Part shown: positions 33,546 to 45,607 of the stretch, one piece after another
How the letters are laid out: every line of letters starts with the position of its first letter
How positions within the stretch are numbered: the stretch's first letter is position 1
Assembly: GCF_032191835.1 (NCBI RefSeq)
Contig: NC_083227.1
Coordinates: 17,484,001 to 17,548,000, forward strand
DNA: 64,000 nucleotides
Reading direction: 5' to 3'
From: Heteronotia binoei
Lineage: Eukaryota
Translations under genes and position numbers: made by a program
Notes under the pieces: model-generated
The model's database searches: none
Told to the model about the DNA's origin: nothing
Seen by the model: only the letters and a program-made list of their open reading frames with translations

Positions 33546-34679
33546 AGGAGGAACCATGTAACTATTTAGCTCAGAGTTGCAGAACTCATTGGTTACAAGG
33601 GACAAATCAGATGTAAATATCACTTTGGCAGTGTTATATTGTGGCAAATTGTGAATTTGGTGATTTTTTTCTTATTGAACTGAATTTTTAGCTCTATAGT
33701 TCTATAGCATAACCCAGGGGGTACCTCAAGCAGGTGAGCTAGAGTTGTACCCCAAAGAAAACTTTAAAATCTAAATGTTAATATTTAGGGGGACTGCCCA
33801 ACTGCATACCCAAACTCATTGTGTCGGCCTGGTTACATATTTTATATTACAATACACTTCCTGTGTGTAACTCTGCCATATGATAAATAACAATAAATAA
33901 TACTGATGGGATTGAGTTCAGGAACAAAATTACAATCCAAGCAAGGTAGTGGGAGTTTTGTTTTGTTTTGGTTTTTTGCAAGGAGAGCATAACCAGTGCA
34001 ATAATGCTGAGCAGCCCAACACAGGGCCAATGGCCAGGGTGACATAAGTCTACTTAAACCCCACCCCATCCAACACAGAGACCCTACCCATGTCACACCA
34101 GAAAATCTGTACTTTTTTTTTGTTTAAAGAAGCAGCAAGACCACAGTAGACAAACCATGGTAGAACGCTATACATAGCATGCAGGGTGGCAGGCACCTTT
34201 GCTGGCTCACCCAAACCAAGGTCGGCCCATATGGAGAAGGCTAGTGATGCTTTGTTTCTTTGATATGATACACCATTTGTTTCCCCAGGGAAGGCCTCAG
34301 AAAGTGAGACGGAGAGGTCATGTGTTGTCCACCCTTATCCCCCTCTCTCAGCAGCAACACACCAGCTAGTTAGTGAAGCCTGCAAGGCCTCATTTTTTTT
34401 TAATAAAGGGGGAAGAAGCTCAAAAGTCTGAGCTATATTGCTGTACTAGGAAGAACTGGTTGAAATTTCAGGACCCTGAGAAATAGCTGAATATGATGCC
34501 CATGCCAGTATCTGTGGGGTTTTGTAATCCATTACCTTTTTGTAGATTCCTTCCATATCACTCTTTGGAAACCTCCTGTGGTATGACACAGTGTGGAGCA
34601 TGTTAAAAAACAAGGAGCCCCCCTTCCCCACAAGAGCCAGCCCTTGCCAGCTTTTGACAGGTTTCCAGCAAGTAGAAGA

Positions 34680-34957
34680 AGAAGAAGACTGCAGATTTAT
34701 ACCCTGCCCTTCTCTCTAAATCAGAGACTCAGAGCGGCTTACAATCTCCTATATCTTCTCCCCCCACAACAGAGACCCTGTGAGGTGGGTGGGGCTGAGA
34801 GGGCTTTCACAGCAGTTGCCCTTTCAAGGACAACTCTTGCGATAGCTATGGCTAACCCAAGGCCATTCCAGCAGGTGCAAGTGGAGGAGTGGGGAATCAA
34901 ACCTGGTTCTCCCAGATAAGAGTCTGCACACTTAACCACTACACCAAACTGGCTCTC
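34680..34957 (-). mobile_element. tRNA-derived SINE
   Basis: (GAA)n at one end; reverse complement of a tRNA-like head at the other; sister copy at 42153-42429. Confidence 0.8.
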
Positions 34958-35122
34958 AAATAGTCCTGAGGGATGAAGATTCCAAAAGGAAGCTATGTGG
35001 GTCCAGAGGTTTGGACCTCATGACTTCCTTATAGAGCACGCAAAAAAGCTGGAAAGAGGATGAGTACTTGAATTATATTTCAACTTATATTAATTGTGTT
35101 GAATCAATATAGAAGCCTCTAA

Positions 35123-35310
35123 TAACTCAGCCTTCCATCCTTCCGAGGTTGGTAAAATGAGTACCCAGCCTTGCTGGGTGGAAAATGTAGATGACTGGGG
35201 AAGGCAATGGCAAACCATCCCATAAAAAGTCTGCTGTGAAAACGTGAAAGCAGTGTCACCCCAGAGTTGAAAACGACTGGTGCTTACACAGGGGACTACC
35301 TTTACTTTTT
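35123..35310 (+). mobile_element. Sauria SINE, partial
   Basis: actcagccttccatcc...ggggactacctttac. Confidence 0.8.
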
Positions 35311-35949
35311 AAAAAATAAGTTAAACAAGTGTTGTGACAATGAAATGGATTTCAAGTGGCAATGAAGTCACAACAATACAACTCGATAAAGTGCTTGTGC
35401 AAAAATGCCTCTACAAGCCTTCAGAGTCCTTAAAGTGCCAGGAATGTAATAATTGGATGTCATTGTCCACCATGCCACCTTCCATAAATGTTAGGTTACC
35501 CAGCACCTGAAAGCCCCCATCAAAAGATAGAGATGGTTTAAGAGGAGTGTTGTGAATAGATGGACAGATTTCAGGAGGGGAGGGCAACAGAGGATTGGGT
35601 GGGAGTGGCAGGCAGCAGGGTCTTCTGCAGGGAGCCAGGGTGAAAATGCTCCAGAAATACTTTCATCTCCAAATCCCCCTCCCAACTGCCCAGTTGTAGC
35701 TTGGGGCTTAAGTCATAGCTTCAAGCTAATCCCAGTGTTTTCTGCAGTACTATGGTTTAATACCCATTCCAGCCTGTTCACTAGGCATTTTGGCCTGAAA
35801 TGGGTTAATAAAAGTGCAAGTATTTTGCATTTTCATTTGTAAAAAATTGTTCTTGAGTGTCTGTAATGCATTCCAGTGTTTTCTGCGGTACTATCGTGTA
35901 CTGTTACCCTGTCCCAATTTATATCTTTTTGCAAAACTGTTGGGAGGGG

Positions 35950-36290
35950 GAGATGTTGTTTTTTGTATTGGGGGGGGGGAGTTGTATCTGAAGCTACAGC
36001 CTGCCATTGGGTGGGGCAGGGAGGGGGGATTTGCGCAAGGGAGCCACAGAGCAGGGATGGAAAGGGTTGTGATGCTTGAAGGGGTGGCTCAGGTATGGTT
36101 GCCAGTCTCCCAGTGGAGCCTGCAGATCTCCCAGAATTCAAACTGATCCCCCAGCAACAGAAATGGCTACTTGGCAGGGTGGACTCCATGGCATTAGACC
36201 CCCAGGGAAGTCCCACACCTCCCCCAAACCCTTCCATCCATGCTCTCCACTCCCACAATCTTCAGGTGTTTCCCACAACCTCTGCAATTA
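35950..36290 (+). repeat. Dispersed repeat, second copy at ~9620-9920
   Basis: Shared gcatctgaagc..cagcctg..gcgcaaggga..gaaatggctacttg..gggtggactccatg. Confidence 0.7.
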
Positions 36291-36902
36291 AGGTTGCTTT
36301 TTCCCCCTCCTCACTTTCCCCTATCTATTTTCCTTCCTTCCCCTCCCCTCCCCTCCCTACATCTGACATCCATGCCTTGCAGCTCTCAAACATCTATGTG
36401 ATTCTTAGCTTAAGTAAGTTTGGCTGCCCTTGCACAAGAACCTGAAATACCTTTTCTGTTGATACAATCATAATTTAATAACCCGACCTTATTGATTTGT
36501 ATATACATTATTATGATTTATCTATATCAATGCCCCTTGGGTGATTTTCCTCATGTTAGTTAACTTTAAAACTCAGTCAACCATGCTATTCTATAATATG
36601 TCATATATCTCTAACTCTTCAGCTGCTACATGTTTCCCTTTGTGGGTCAGCCTTCACAATTCCAGCTAGTTTAGCTTGTCTTCAAAGCAGCACTACAACA
36701 AAGAATGGGAATACATGCAGTCCCCCCACCCGCCCCCTCCAAGAGCCTTTGCTCTATCACAAAGCTCACACCTTCGCCCTTTGCAGATGGAGGGGGTTCA
36801 GAGCGGGTGGTTGCCAATCTCCTGTCAGGAGACAACCAAATCCTTCCTCCAGAAGGGGAAATGAGTTGTGTAATCTGGCAAAAGGTAAGGGTACAAGCAA
36901 CA

Positions 36903-37170
36903 GTCGTTTCTGACTCTGGGGTGACTTCGCATCATGTTTTCAGGGCAGACTTTTTAATGGGTGGTTTGCCATTACCTTCCCCAGTCATCTACACTTTCCC
37001 CCCAGCAAGCTGGGTACTCATTTTACCAACCTCAGAAGGATGGAAGGCTGAGTCAACCTTGAGCCGGCTACCTGAACCCAGCTTCCACCGTCCGTGATCG
37101 AACTCAGGTCCTGAGCAGAGAGCTCAGACTGCGGTATTGCAGCTTTATCATTCTGCATCAGGGGGCTCTG
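36903..37170 (-). mobile_element. Sauria SINE
   Basis: Homologous to 271-570; absent from the paralogous segment at ~60740-60760. Confidence 0.85.
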
Positions 37171-37319
37171 AAGATGAGATGTAATTCTAGGGAATCCGCA
37201 CGACCCACCTGGAGGCCAGCATCCCTAAGTGAGAGGGAAAAAGAAAATGCGTTTTCTTTTTTCTGTTCATCCATTCCATTTTCTGAGATGGCTGAACAGT
37301 ACTGTCAGACAAGCCCCCT

Positions 37320-37665
37320 GAAGAGTTATTCCAAGGTCCCTGAACTGCCCGGGGGTGGGGTCAGGGAGGGCAGCCTGGCTGGAATCCGCTCTGTCCAGGT
37401 CTGGGCGCTGCTCTTCGGCTCGGGGAAAGGACGAAAAGCATTTTTCCTCCGTCTGCAGCAATGAAACAGTTAAACCAAGAGTTGCTTGCTAGAGAGGCTG
37501 GTTAGGGGGTAGGGACAAAGCGGAAAGGCTCTTTTCCTGTCTGTCTGTGGGGGCGGGGGTGTTGTTTGCTTCTGAACCACCAAAGAGGGCAGGAGGGGCT
37601 TCGGGCAGGTAACAGCGGGAAAAAGACGTACAGCCGGATCCTGGGAAGGTTTACTCACAAGTAAA
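37320..37665 (+). promoter_or_regulatory. Candidate promoter/non-coding first exon of gene C
   Basis: CpG-enriched; donor-like caa|gtaaag at 37661 and cag|gtaaca at ~37607; 1.5 kb upstream of the SCAN acceptor; paralogous to 60910-61255. Confidence 0.5.
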
Positions 37666-37734
37666 GGGGGGGGGGAGAATCGGGATAAGCCCTTAAATCT
37701 TAGAAAAGAGGAATGTTGGCTCTAATGTATAGAT

Positions 37735-37870
37735 TCAGTGGGGAGCCGTGTTGGTCTGAAGCAAAAGGACGAGGTTCGAATTCAGCAGCACCTTTAAGAC
37801 CAACCATGTTTTATTCACAGTAGGAGCTTTCGTGTGCATGCAGGCTGCTTCAGATACATTGGAACTGAAG
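37735..37870 (-). repeat. Short repeat with hammerhead-like core
   Basis: Minus strand reads ctgaagcagcctgcatgcacacgaaagctc. Confidence 0.55.
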
Positions 37871-38178
37871 TTGCCAGCCAGTACATATCGATGGAGGATG
37901 AGCAGCAAATTACCATCTGATGAGATGAAGATGCTTAACGGATTCCAGGACCAAACAGGAATAACAAGCTTGGTTCTTATGGTTACTCTTTGATTGGGTT
38001 TCATTCCAGGGGAGGGGGAATAGTGAAGGAAATAAATATATCAACATTGGAGACTGGGGGTTCACTGCCTCCCTGTGCTCTGGTCCATCCCGGCAACCCT
38101 TCTTCCCTGACCTGGAGAGCTGGACGACCCTAGGCCCATTCCCTCTGCTGACTGCTTGGACACAGCAATTGCCTAATG

Positions 38179-38721
38179 CAGGGGTGTCAAAATCAGGCCC
38201 CCGGAGAGCTCCTATCAGGCCTCCGAGCAACTGCCTATCATCTGTTTCCTTCTCCCTCTCTTTTGCTTCCTTCTGGATCACAGCTCACTTCGCCAGACTT
38301 GCTCAGTCACGCAGGAACTACAGAGCAAAGCCTCTATTTTCTCATTTGACTGAGGCTCCTTTCTTCGGGGAGGGGAGGGACAGCACAGCATGCTTTGCCA
38401 GGCTGTCTCAGTTGCACAGCAGAGCTACTGAGCCAAGCTTCTCTTCCTTCTACTGACCACAGCACCTCCCCCTTCTGGTCCCCTGGGAAGGAAAGAAAAG
38501 AGCCAGAGTTTCCTTTGCCCAATTCCCTGGATTGCATGGGAAAGTTACAAAGAAAGCACCATTAAGACCAAGTGCTAATGTTTTAAGTTTTTAAAAAGTC
38601 TTTAATTCTCTTTGTGTCCTCTATTAAGGAGTACCTCCTCCCTTGGCACATATGGCCTGGTTCAACATGGTCTCATTTGTGTCAGATGTGGCCCTCATAA
38701 GAAATGAGTTTGACACCCCTG
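38179..38721. mobile_element. hAT-type MITE
   Basis: TIRs caggggtgtcaaa / tttgacacccctg; TSD gcctaatg/gcctaacg. A partial reverse copy lies at ~53520-53738. Confidence 0.88.
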
Positions 38722-39142
38722 GCCTAACGTTTCCATCCTCTTGAGGAGATATAAGCAAAGCTGAAGCCATTAATAGTCACTTTATCCCAGGTTCCAATTT
38801 ACATTGAGATGTAACCCCTAGGACAGACTGATTCCCAGGTAATCTAAAGCCAAGAGGAGGTCATCCAGAACATATGTTTTAAAAAGTTAAATAGAAACAG
38901 TTTGCTTTTCCAACAGGCCAAACAGCCATATCTAACAAAGCTTGATATAGCAGAATGATGCTAATCCTGATCCACAAACTGCAACAATGACACTCCTTCT
39001 AATCCACCAGTTTCTCTTAACCAGGGCCAGTGATGTAGCTCCATTCTGTTCTGGTTTCTTTCTGCCTTTTTGATTTCCTTTCCTCTTTGTAGCCACGAGA
39101 GCAAAGGTATCTTTCCACAGTCCCCAAGAGAAGGGGAAGGAG

Positions 39143-39565
39143 ATGGAAGAGGAGGACTCAGAAGCAACTGGAATAGGGAAGAGATCAAGGGAAAGTCCCC
39201 AACCCACCCAGGCTGGGAGTGGTGTTCAATCCTGGGAAAGAGCTGTGCCAGAAATCCTGTCACAGGACATGATGACTGCAGATGGACGCAACCGATGCTT
39301 CCGGCAGTTCCGCTACCATGAGGCTGATGGACCCCGAGAAGTTTGCAGCCAGCTCCATGGACTTTGCAGCCACTGGCTGGAGCCTGAGAGGCACACCAAG
39401 AAGCAGATCCTGGACCTGGTGATTCTGGAGCAGTTCCTGGCCATCCTGCCCCAGGAAATGCAGTGCTGGGTGAGAGGATGTGAGCCAGAGACCAGTTCCC
39501 AGGCAGTGGCCCTGGTTGAAGGTTTCCTCCTGAGCCAGGCTGAGAAGAAGAGGCAGGCAGAGCAG
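39143..39565 (+). CDS. Gene C exon: SCAN domain
   Basis: ttccacag acceptor at 39120; open SCAN frame; cag|gtgagg donor. Confidence 0.92.
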
Positions 39566-39776
39566 GTGAGGGGGTTTCCTTCACTCAGTTCCAGCAAGGA
39601 ACTTCCCTGCCAGATATTTCTACCTTGAGAAAATTCACTAGGCTGGGAAGAAAACCCAACCCTGATTCTTGGCTCTGTGGTCGATGCAGGGATGAGGAGC
39701 CTGGTAGTGGGGCAGGATCTGTCTTCTCAGCCTCTTCCATTTCTTCTCTTACCAGTCTCCCTTCCTGTTGTTTCAG

Positions 39777-39891
39777 ATGTGGGGACCAGCTGTGAAGACA
39801 GAAGTGAAGTTCTCTGAGGCAGAAGGTGCTCTGTCAGAGGAAAGTCAGAGGGCGCAGGCCCAGAAGTGTGCCCAAGATGCCCTGTCATGTG
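39777..39891 (+). CDS. Gene C linker exon 1 (115 nt)
   Basis: tttcag acceptor and gtaaag donor; open frame MWGPAVKTEVKF... Confidence 0.85.
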
Positions 39892-40213
39892 GTAAAGGTC
39901 CCTCCTGTCCAGATGGGATTGGGGCTAGTCAAGTTGCTGGGTGGAAGGTTTGGGACAGGAGAAAAAGGAAATAGTTCTGCTCACTAGGCAGAGTCAATTT
40001 CTGGAACTTAGCGGCACAGGAGGTAGTGATGGCCATTAACTTGAAGGGAGCATAGACAGATTCATGGAAGGCCATTACATTCTTTTGTATATGAATTAAA
40101 ATATTTGTATCTTGCTTTCATTCCACTAGAGGGACTCAAGGTGGCTCAAAAAATGACAGGAAGACTAATGTGGGTGCACCTGTGAACATCTCTTGTGTTG
40201 AATAACTGAGGGG

Positions 40214-40407
40214 CAGTGTTCCCTCTAAGCTGAGTCAGTGTGAGCTAGGTCACAGATTTTTAGCCTCCAGCTCACACATTTTTGTCTTAGCTCAAGAAGA
40301 ATGACCCCAGAGCACAATAAGTTCTGCAGTAGCTCACAACTTTAATGCCACTTGCTCACAAAGTAGAATTTTTGCTCAGAAGACTCTGCATCTCAGAGGG
40401 AACATTG
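40214..40407. mobile_element. hAT-type MITE
   Basis: 8-bp TSD ctgagggg; empty site at ~14053-14075 in gene B. Confidence 0.9.
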
Positions 40408-40494
40408 CTGAGGGGTTCTCATAAGTCAGTTGTGATTTGATGGCTCTTTACACACATAAACACACAAACACACCCTCATGTTCTGAGGAAGCAT

Positions 40495-40497
<3 letters not shown>

Positions 40498-40566
<69 letters not shown>
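40498..40566. repeat. (ATAG)n microsatellite
   Basis: Directly visible, about 17 units. Confidence 0.98.
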
Positions 40567-40568
<2 letters not shown>

Positions 40569-41022
40569 GAATTTATTGTCATTGTTCTCAACAAAAAGAG
40601 AGCAACGAAATGAGCAACGAATATCTCTGAAAACCTATTTCGAGAGGCCAATAATTGGGTTTCTTGGCCCCTTCCTAAGAGTTTCCCAGGGACCTTTGGC
40701 AGGTCACAGTCAGAAAGAGGATACTGGACTAGTGATTGCAGGTCATGGCTTGGGCTCTCCCCCTGAGGTTTGAGAGTGCAGCATGGGGTGGACGTGATGC
40801 CCTGTTGATGTCTTGTCTGGCCAAATACTTGGATGTGAAGTCAGAGCATCAGCAGACGCCCTGGAACCCCATTGGTAGTACAGAACGTGAAGTCTCATAT
40901 CCTCCAAGCCTCATGGGTACTTGGTGCTTCTTTTCCAACTCTCCCATAGTTTATTAAAAAAAAATTCCACAAATACAGAATTGAAGCTAAAATTCATCCT
41001 TCCAATTTTGCCTCCCTTGCAG

Positions 41023-41093
41023 GCAGTGAAGAGATGTTGTCAAGCCATCATCTTTCCAGTGAAGTGCAAATGTCCGTTCCCCCTCTGGTCCAG
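41023..41093 (+). CDS. Gene C linker exon 2 (71 nt)
   Basis: ttgcag acceptor and gtaaag donor; phase 1 to 0; GSEEMLSSHHLSSEVQMSVPPLVQ. Confidence 0.85.
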
Positions 41094-41306
41094 GTAAAGT
41101 TTGTGTGAATGGGGGACAGCTGGGCCCTGCTCCTTTTTCAGGAACATCTTTGCTCCAGCTGTCCAAGCAAGTGAGGCTCTGAATGCCACTCCCTTTACAC
41201 ATAGCAAGCTCTGCATCCTGCACCCTCCCAGAATGCCCCTGTCCCTCAAGACTCTTGTCTCTGCCTGGCATGGTCTGTGACAAGGGAATCTGCTTTTTTC
41301 TTTCAG

Positions 41307-41433
41307 TCTCCCTTTTCCTTTGAGGAGGTGGCCGTGTATTTCACTGAGGCTGAGTGGGCCCTGCTGGATCCAGGCCAGAAAACCTTCTATAGGGAAGTCA
41401 TGCTGGAGAACTATGGGCATGTGGCCTTTTTGG
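41307..41433 (+). CDS. Gene C KRAB-A exon (127 nt)
   Basis: [42 protein letters not shown]; canonical splice sites. Confidence 0.92.
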
Positions 41434-42152
41434 GTAAGGACCTTTCATAGGTGCTAATTGCTGCCATTGGGATGATGCATGAATCACAATATTGAAACGC
41501 AGTATGTGGTTGTGCCAAGCTATTTGCCCTCCAGTGAGGGCCTCCAGGATGTAGGGTGGCAGTGAAAGGGATATTCAGCATTGCTGCAGAGAGCAACCCA
41601 AGCCTGATCCAGGCTGATGAAGGTGAGGCTGCGGCCAGTGTGGCCAAGGCAGGCTGAGAGGCCCTCCAAAATATTCTGGAAGGGGCCAGATCTTTATTTC
41701 TCATTGACCAAACTCTACCATATGCCCTTGCCCCAGATGAGATTACAGCCATCTACTCTGCCTCTGATCAGGAAAGGATCTATCAAAAGCACATCAACCC
41801 TCTCCTACAGTCGTCCCCTAGACACCTTCATTCCTTAGGTACAGTTGGGTTTGAATGCTTTCTTTGGAGCTGCTCTACCTTGCAGGGGTGGCCTGCAGGG
41901 GATAGTCCCACCAGTTAACACTGCAACCCAAGGAGAACCGGCTTCAGCCAAACCACAGAACACCTTCTGTTGTGGTTGTGGGGATCAGTCCTTATCCCAA
42001 GAGGGTGGAATCGTGCACTATTGAAGAGATTCCCACTGACCCTGTCAATCCAGCAAACTCAGAGTCAAGTTCTCAGTTGAAGCATAGTTGATTGAGCCAG
42101 AACAGGATAGGAAAATCCCTGTAGCTACCTCCCATTTCTCCAAGAGGCAAGA

Positions 42153-42429
42153 GAAGAAGAAGATATTGGATTTATATCCCGCCCTCCACTCCGAAGAGTC
42201 TCAGCGGCTCACAATCTCCTTTACCTTCCTCCCCCACAACAGAAACCTTGTGAGGTGAGTGGGGCTGGAGAGGGCTCTCACAGCAGCTGCCCTTTCAAGG
42301 ACAACCTCTGCCAGAGCTATGGCTGACCCAAGGCCATGCCAGCAGGTGCAAGTGGAGGAGTGGGGAATCAAACCCGGTTCTCCCAGATAAGAGTCCACAC
42401 ACTTAACCACTACACCAAACTGGCTCTCC
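42153..42429 (-). mobile_element. tRNA-derived SINE
   Basis: Sister of 34680-34957. Confidence 0.8.
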
Positions 42430-42933
42430 AGGGGACTAATTTCTTCCCATGCCCTTCAGGCAGGAAAGTGTCTGTCTCAGAAAAACAGAGACACATACAC
42501 AGAGGAAACCATGTATACCTGTCCAATCAGTATGCCCCGATGCCCAGGTTTCTCCAATGCTGTCCAGCACTGTCTCCCCTGTCGCTAGGGAAGAGTGTTG
42601 ACAAGGATGACCACCCTGTGTTGCCAAACTAAATTCCCATACTTCCTTTACATCAACATGGTACTGTGTGTATTTGTATGCTCACTGTGTGTTGCAAAGG
42701 TTTGGAGATGGTGAAACAGGACTTGCTGGTTGTTACCTGTCCCCCTAAGAAATGTGAGCTCTTCAAAATCCATGGGTGTCTCTTTTAAACTGTAGGGTTC
42801 ACTTCGTGAGCTCCTGGCTTTTCATTATCTCATAGTAAACTTGTATTTTGGGGTGGCTGAAAGCCAGTTCCTTCTTGGCTCTCGTGGCACCTAGAAGGAC
42901 ACTCTCTGTGTAGTTGTGGGACTGAATCCTATA

Positions 42934-44522
42934 CAGTATGTCACAGAAGTGAGTACACCCCCTCACATTTTGTAAATATTTAAGTATATCTTTTCATGTG
43001 ACAACACTGAAGAAATGACACTTGGCTACAATGTAAAGTAGTGAGTCTGCACCTTGTATAACAGTATAAATGTGCTGTCCCCTCAAAATTACGCAACACA
43101 CAGCCATTAATGTTTAAACTACTGGCAACAAAAGTGAGTACACCCCTAAGTGATAATGTTCAAATGGGGCCCAATTAGCCATTTTCTCTCCCTGGTGTCA
43201 TGTGACTCGTTAGTGGTACAAGGTATCAGGTGTGAAGGGGGAGCAGGTTATCACTCTCATTCCCTGATACTGCTCGTTGGAAGTTCCACATGGCACCTCA
43301 TGGCAATGAACTCTGAAGATCTGAAAAAATGAATTGTTGCTCTACATAAAGATGGCCTAGGCTATGAGAAGATTTCCAAGACCCTGAAACTGAGTTGCAG
43401 CACGGCGACCAAGACCATACAGCAGTTTAACAGGACAGGTTCCACTCAGAACAGGCCTCACCATGGTTGACCAAAGAAGTTGAGTGCCCGTGCTCAGCGT
43501 CATATCCGGAGGTTGGCTTTGGGAAATAGACGTATGAGTACTGCCAGTATTGCTACAGAGGTTGAAGGGGTGGGGGGGTCAGCCTGTCAGTGCTCAGACC
43601 ATACGCCACATGCTGCATCAAATTGGTCTGCAGGGCTGTCGTCCTCTTCTAAAGACGATGCACAAGAAAGCCCACAAACGGTTTGCTGCAGACAAGCAGA
43701 CTAAGGACATGGATTTCTGTAACCATGTCCTATGGTCTGATGAGACCAAGATAAACTTATTTGGTTCAGTGTCAAGCGTGTGCGGCGGCAACCAGGTGAG
43801 GAGTACAAAGTGTGTCTTGCCTACAGTCAAGCATGGTGGTGGGAATGTCATTGTCTGGGGCTGCATGAGTGCTGCCGGCGCTGGGGAGCTACAGTTCATT
43901 GAGGGAACCATGAATGCCAGCATGTACTGTGACATACTGAAGCAGAGCATGATCCCCTCCCTTCGGAGACTGGGCCGCAGGCAGTATTCCAACATGATAA
44001 CGACCCCAAATACACCTCTAAAACGACCACTGCCTTGCTAAAGAAGCTGAGGGTAAAGGTGATGGACTGGCCAAGCATGTCTCTAGACCTAAACCCTATT
44101 GAGCATCTGTGAGGCATCCTGAAACAGAAGGTGGAGGTACGCAAGGTCTCTAACATCCACCAGCTACGTGACGTCGTCATGGAGGAGTAGAAGAGAACTC
44201 CAGTGGCAGCCTGTGAAGCTCTGGTGAACTCTATGCCCAAGAGCGTTAAGGCAGTGCTGGAAAATAATGGTGGCCACACAAAATATTGACACTTTGGGCC
44301 CCATTTGGACATTATCACTTAGGAGTGTACTCACTTTTGTTGCCAGCAGTTTAGACATTTATGGCTGTGTGTTGCGTAATTTTGAGGGGACAGCACATTT
44401 AAACTGTAGACTCACTACTTTACATTGTAGCTAAATGTCATTTCTTCAATGTTGTCACATGAAAAGATATACTTAAATATTTACAAAATGTGAGGGGGTG
44501 TACTCATTTCTGTGACATATTG
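42934..44522 (+). mobile_element. Full-length Tc1 DNA transposon (IR/DR type), transposase disrupted
   Basis: TA TSDs; ~230-bp inverted repeats each with two aagtgagtacacccct direct repeats; transposase 43290-44289 with WSDETK, HDNDP and LNPIEHL but with stops and frameshifts. Confidence 0.95.
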
Positions 44523-45607
44523 TATATATATATAAAAACTCCTTCTGTGGTAGCAAATTCAACCCTGATTGGTTGGGCTTGTGCTGCATCGACTTTTGGC
44601 CTGTCAAAATATCAATCAAGGTCTGTTGCATTCCATTGGCTGAGTTTTGAGGCTCTGATTTGCAGAGAAGAGAAAGAAAACCTTCCCTCTATTGGCTGAG
44701 GGTGGAAGAAGTAGGGAAACAGCCACAGAAAGCCTTCCCCTGATTTGCTGAGGGCTTCAGGGTTTTTCTCATGAGTGCATAAAAGGAAGAGAAACAAGCA
44801 GAGCGCCTCTGTTTATTTTGAGCTGCTCTGCTTTCATTTTTCCTGTTAGTAAAAAAATACAACAGATGGTTACATCCAACAGTTCCCGTGAGTAAATTGC
44901 TCCAGTGAGTAATTTGCCCCAGTGAAATCACAAACGTGTGTGCTTGCAAACTGTGTTTATTTGGCTGCTTTGTGGTTTGAAAGAGTGTGTGTGTGTTCAC
45001 TTTCACTTAGTGGAAGTGCAGTCAGCTGCCGGGGGTTAGGAAATGAAGACTGTATTCAGGGGAATGACGTTGTTGTATTTTTATTTGGGGGGGGGGAATG
45101 GGAAAATATCCTGGCTCCACCCCCAAAGTTCCCAGGTATTTTCTGAGTAGGACCTGGCAACCCTGCAGCCAAGCTTGGTTTTGTCAGTAAAAGGCTGGGG
45201 GAGGAGGCCATTTCTAGGCCTGTTTTGGCCTTTGAGAGAGAACTCATTGGGGCCAGTCCTGACTAAGGCTGCCAGTTCCAGGTTGGTGGGAAATTGCTGG
45301 AGATTTTTTGGTGGAGTCTACAGAAGTCAGACTTTGGGGATGGGAAATCCCAGCTAAATAGAATGCCATAGAGCCCACCCTCCAAAGTAGTTATTTTTTC
45401 CAAGAGAAAAGAGATCTGTTGTCTGGAGTTCAGTTGTGATACCAGGATATCTTCACCCTCCTCCTGGATGTTTCCTGCTCTAGGCCTGGCAGCACCCTCT
45501 GGGTGACTTGATGCCACCTGACAGGCATGATTTAACACTCTGATATAATGGCTAACTAAACATTTAGTAAAACATTTTCAAAGTCATATAAATCCTTTTA
45601 AACACAT

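Noticed and set aside
41510-42150. Possible degenerate LINE coding fragment
   Set aside because: No diagnostic motif could be read in any frame.
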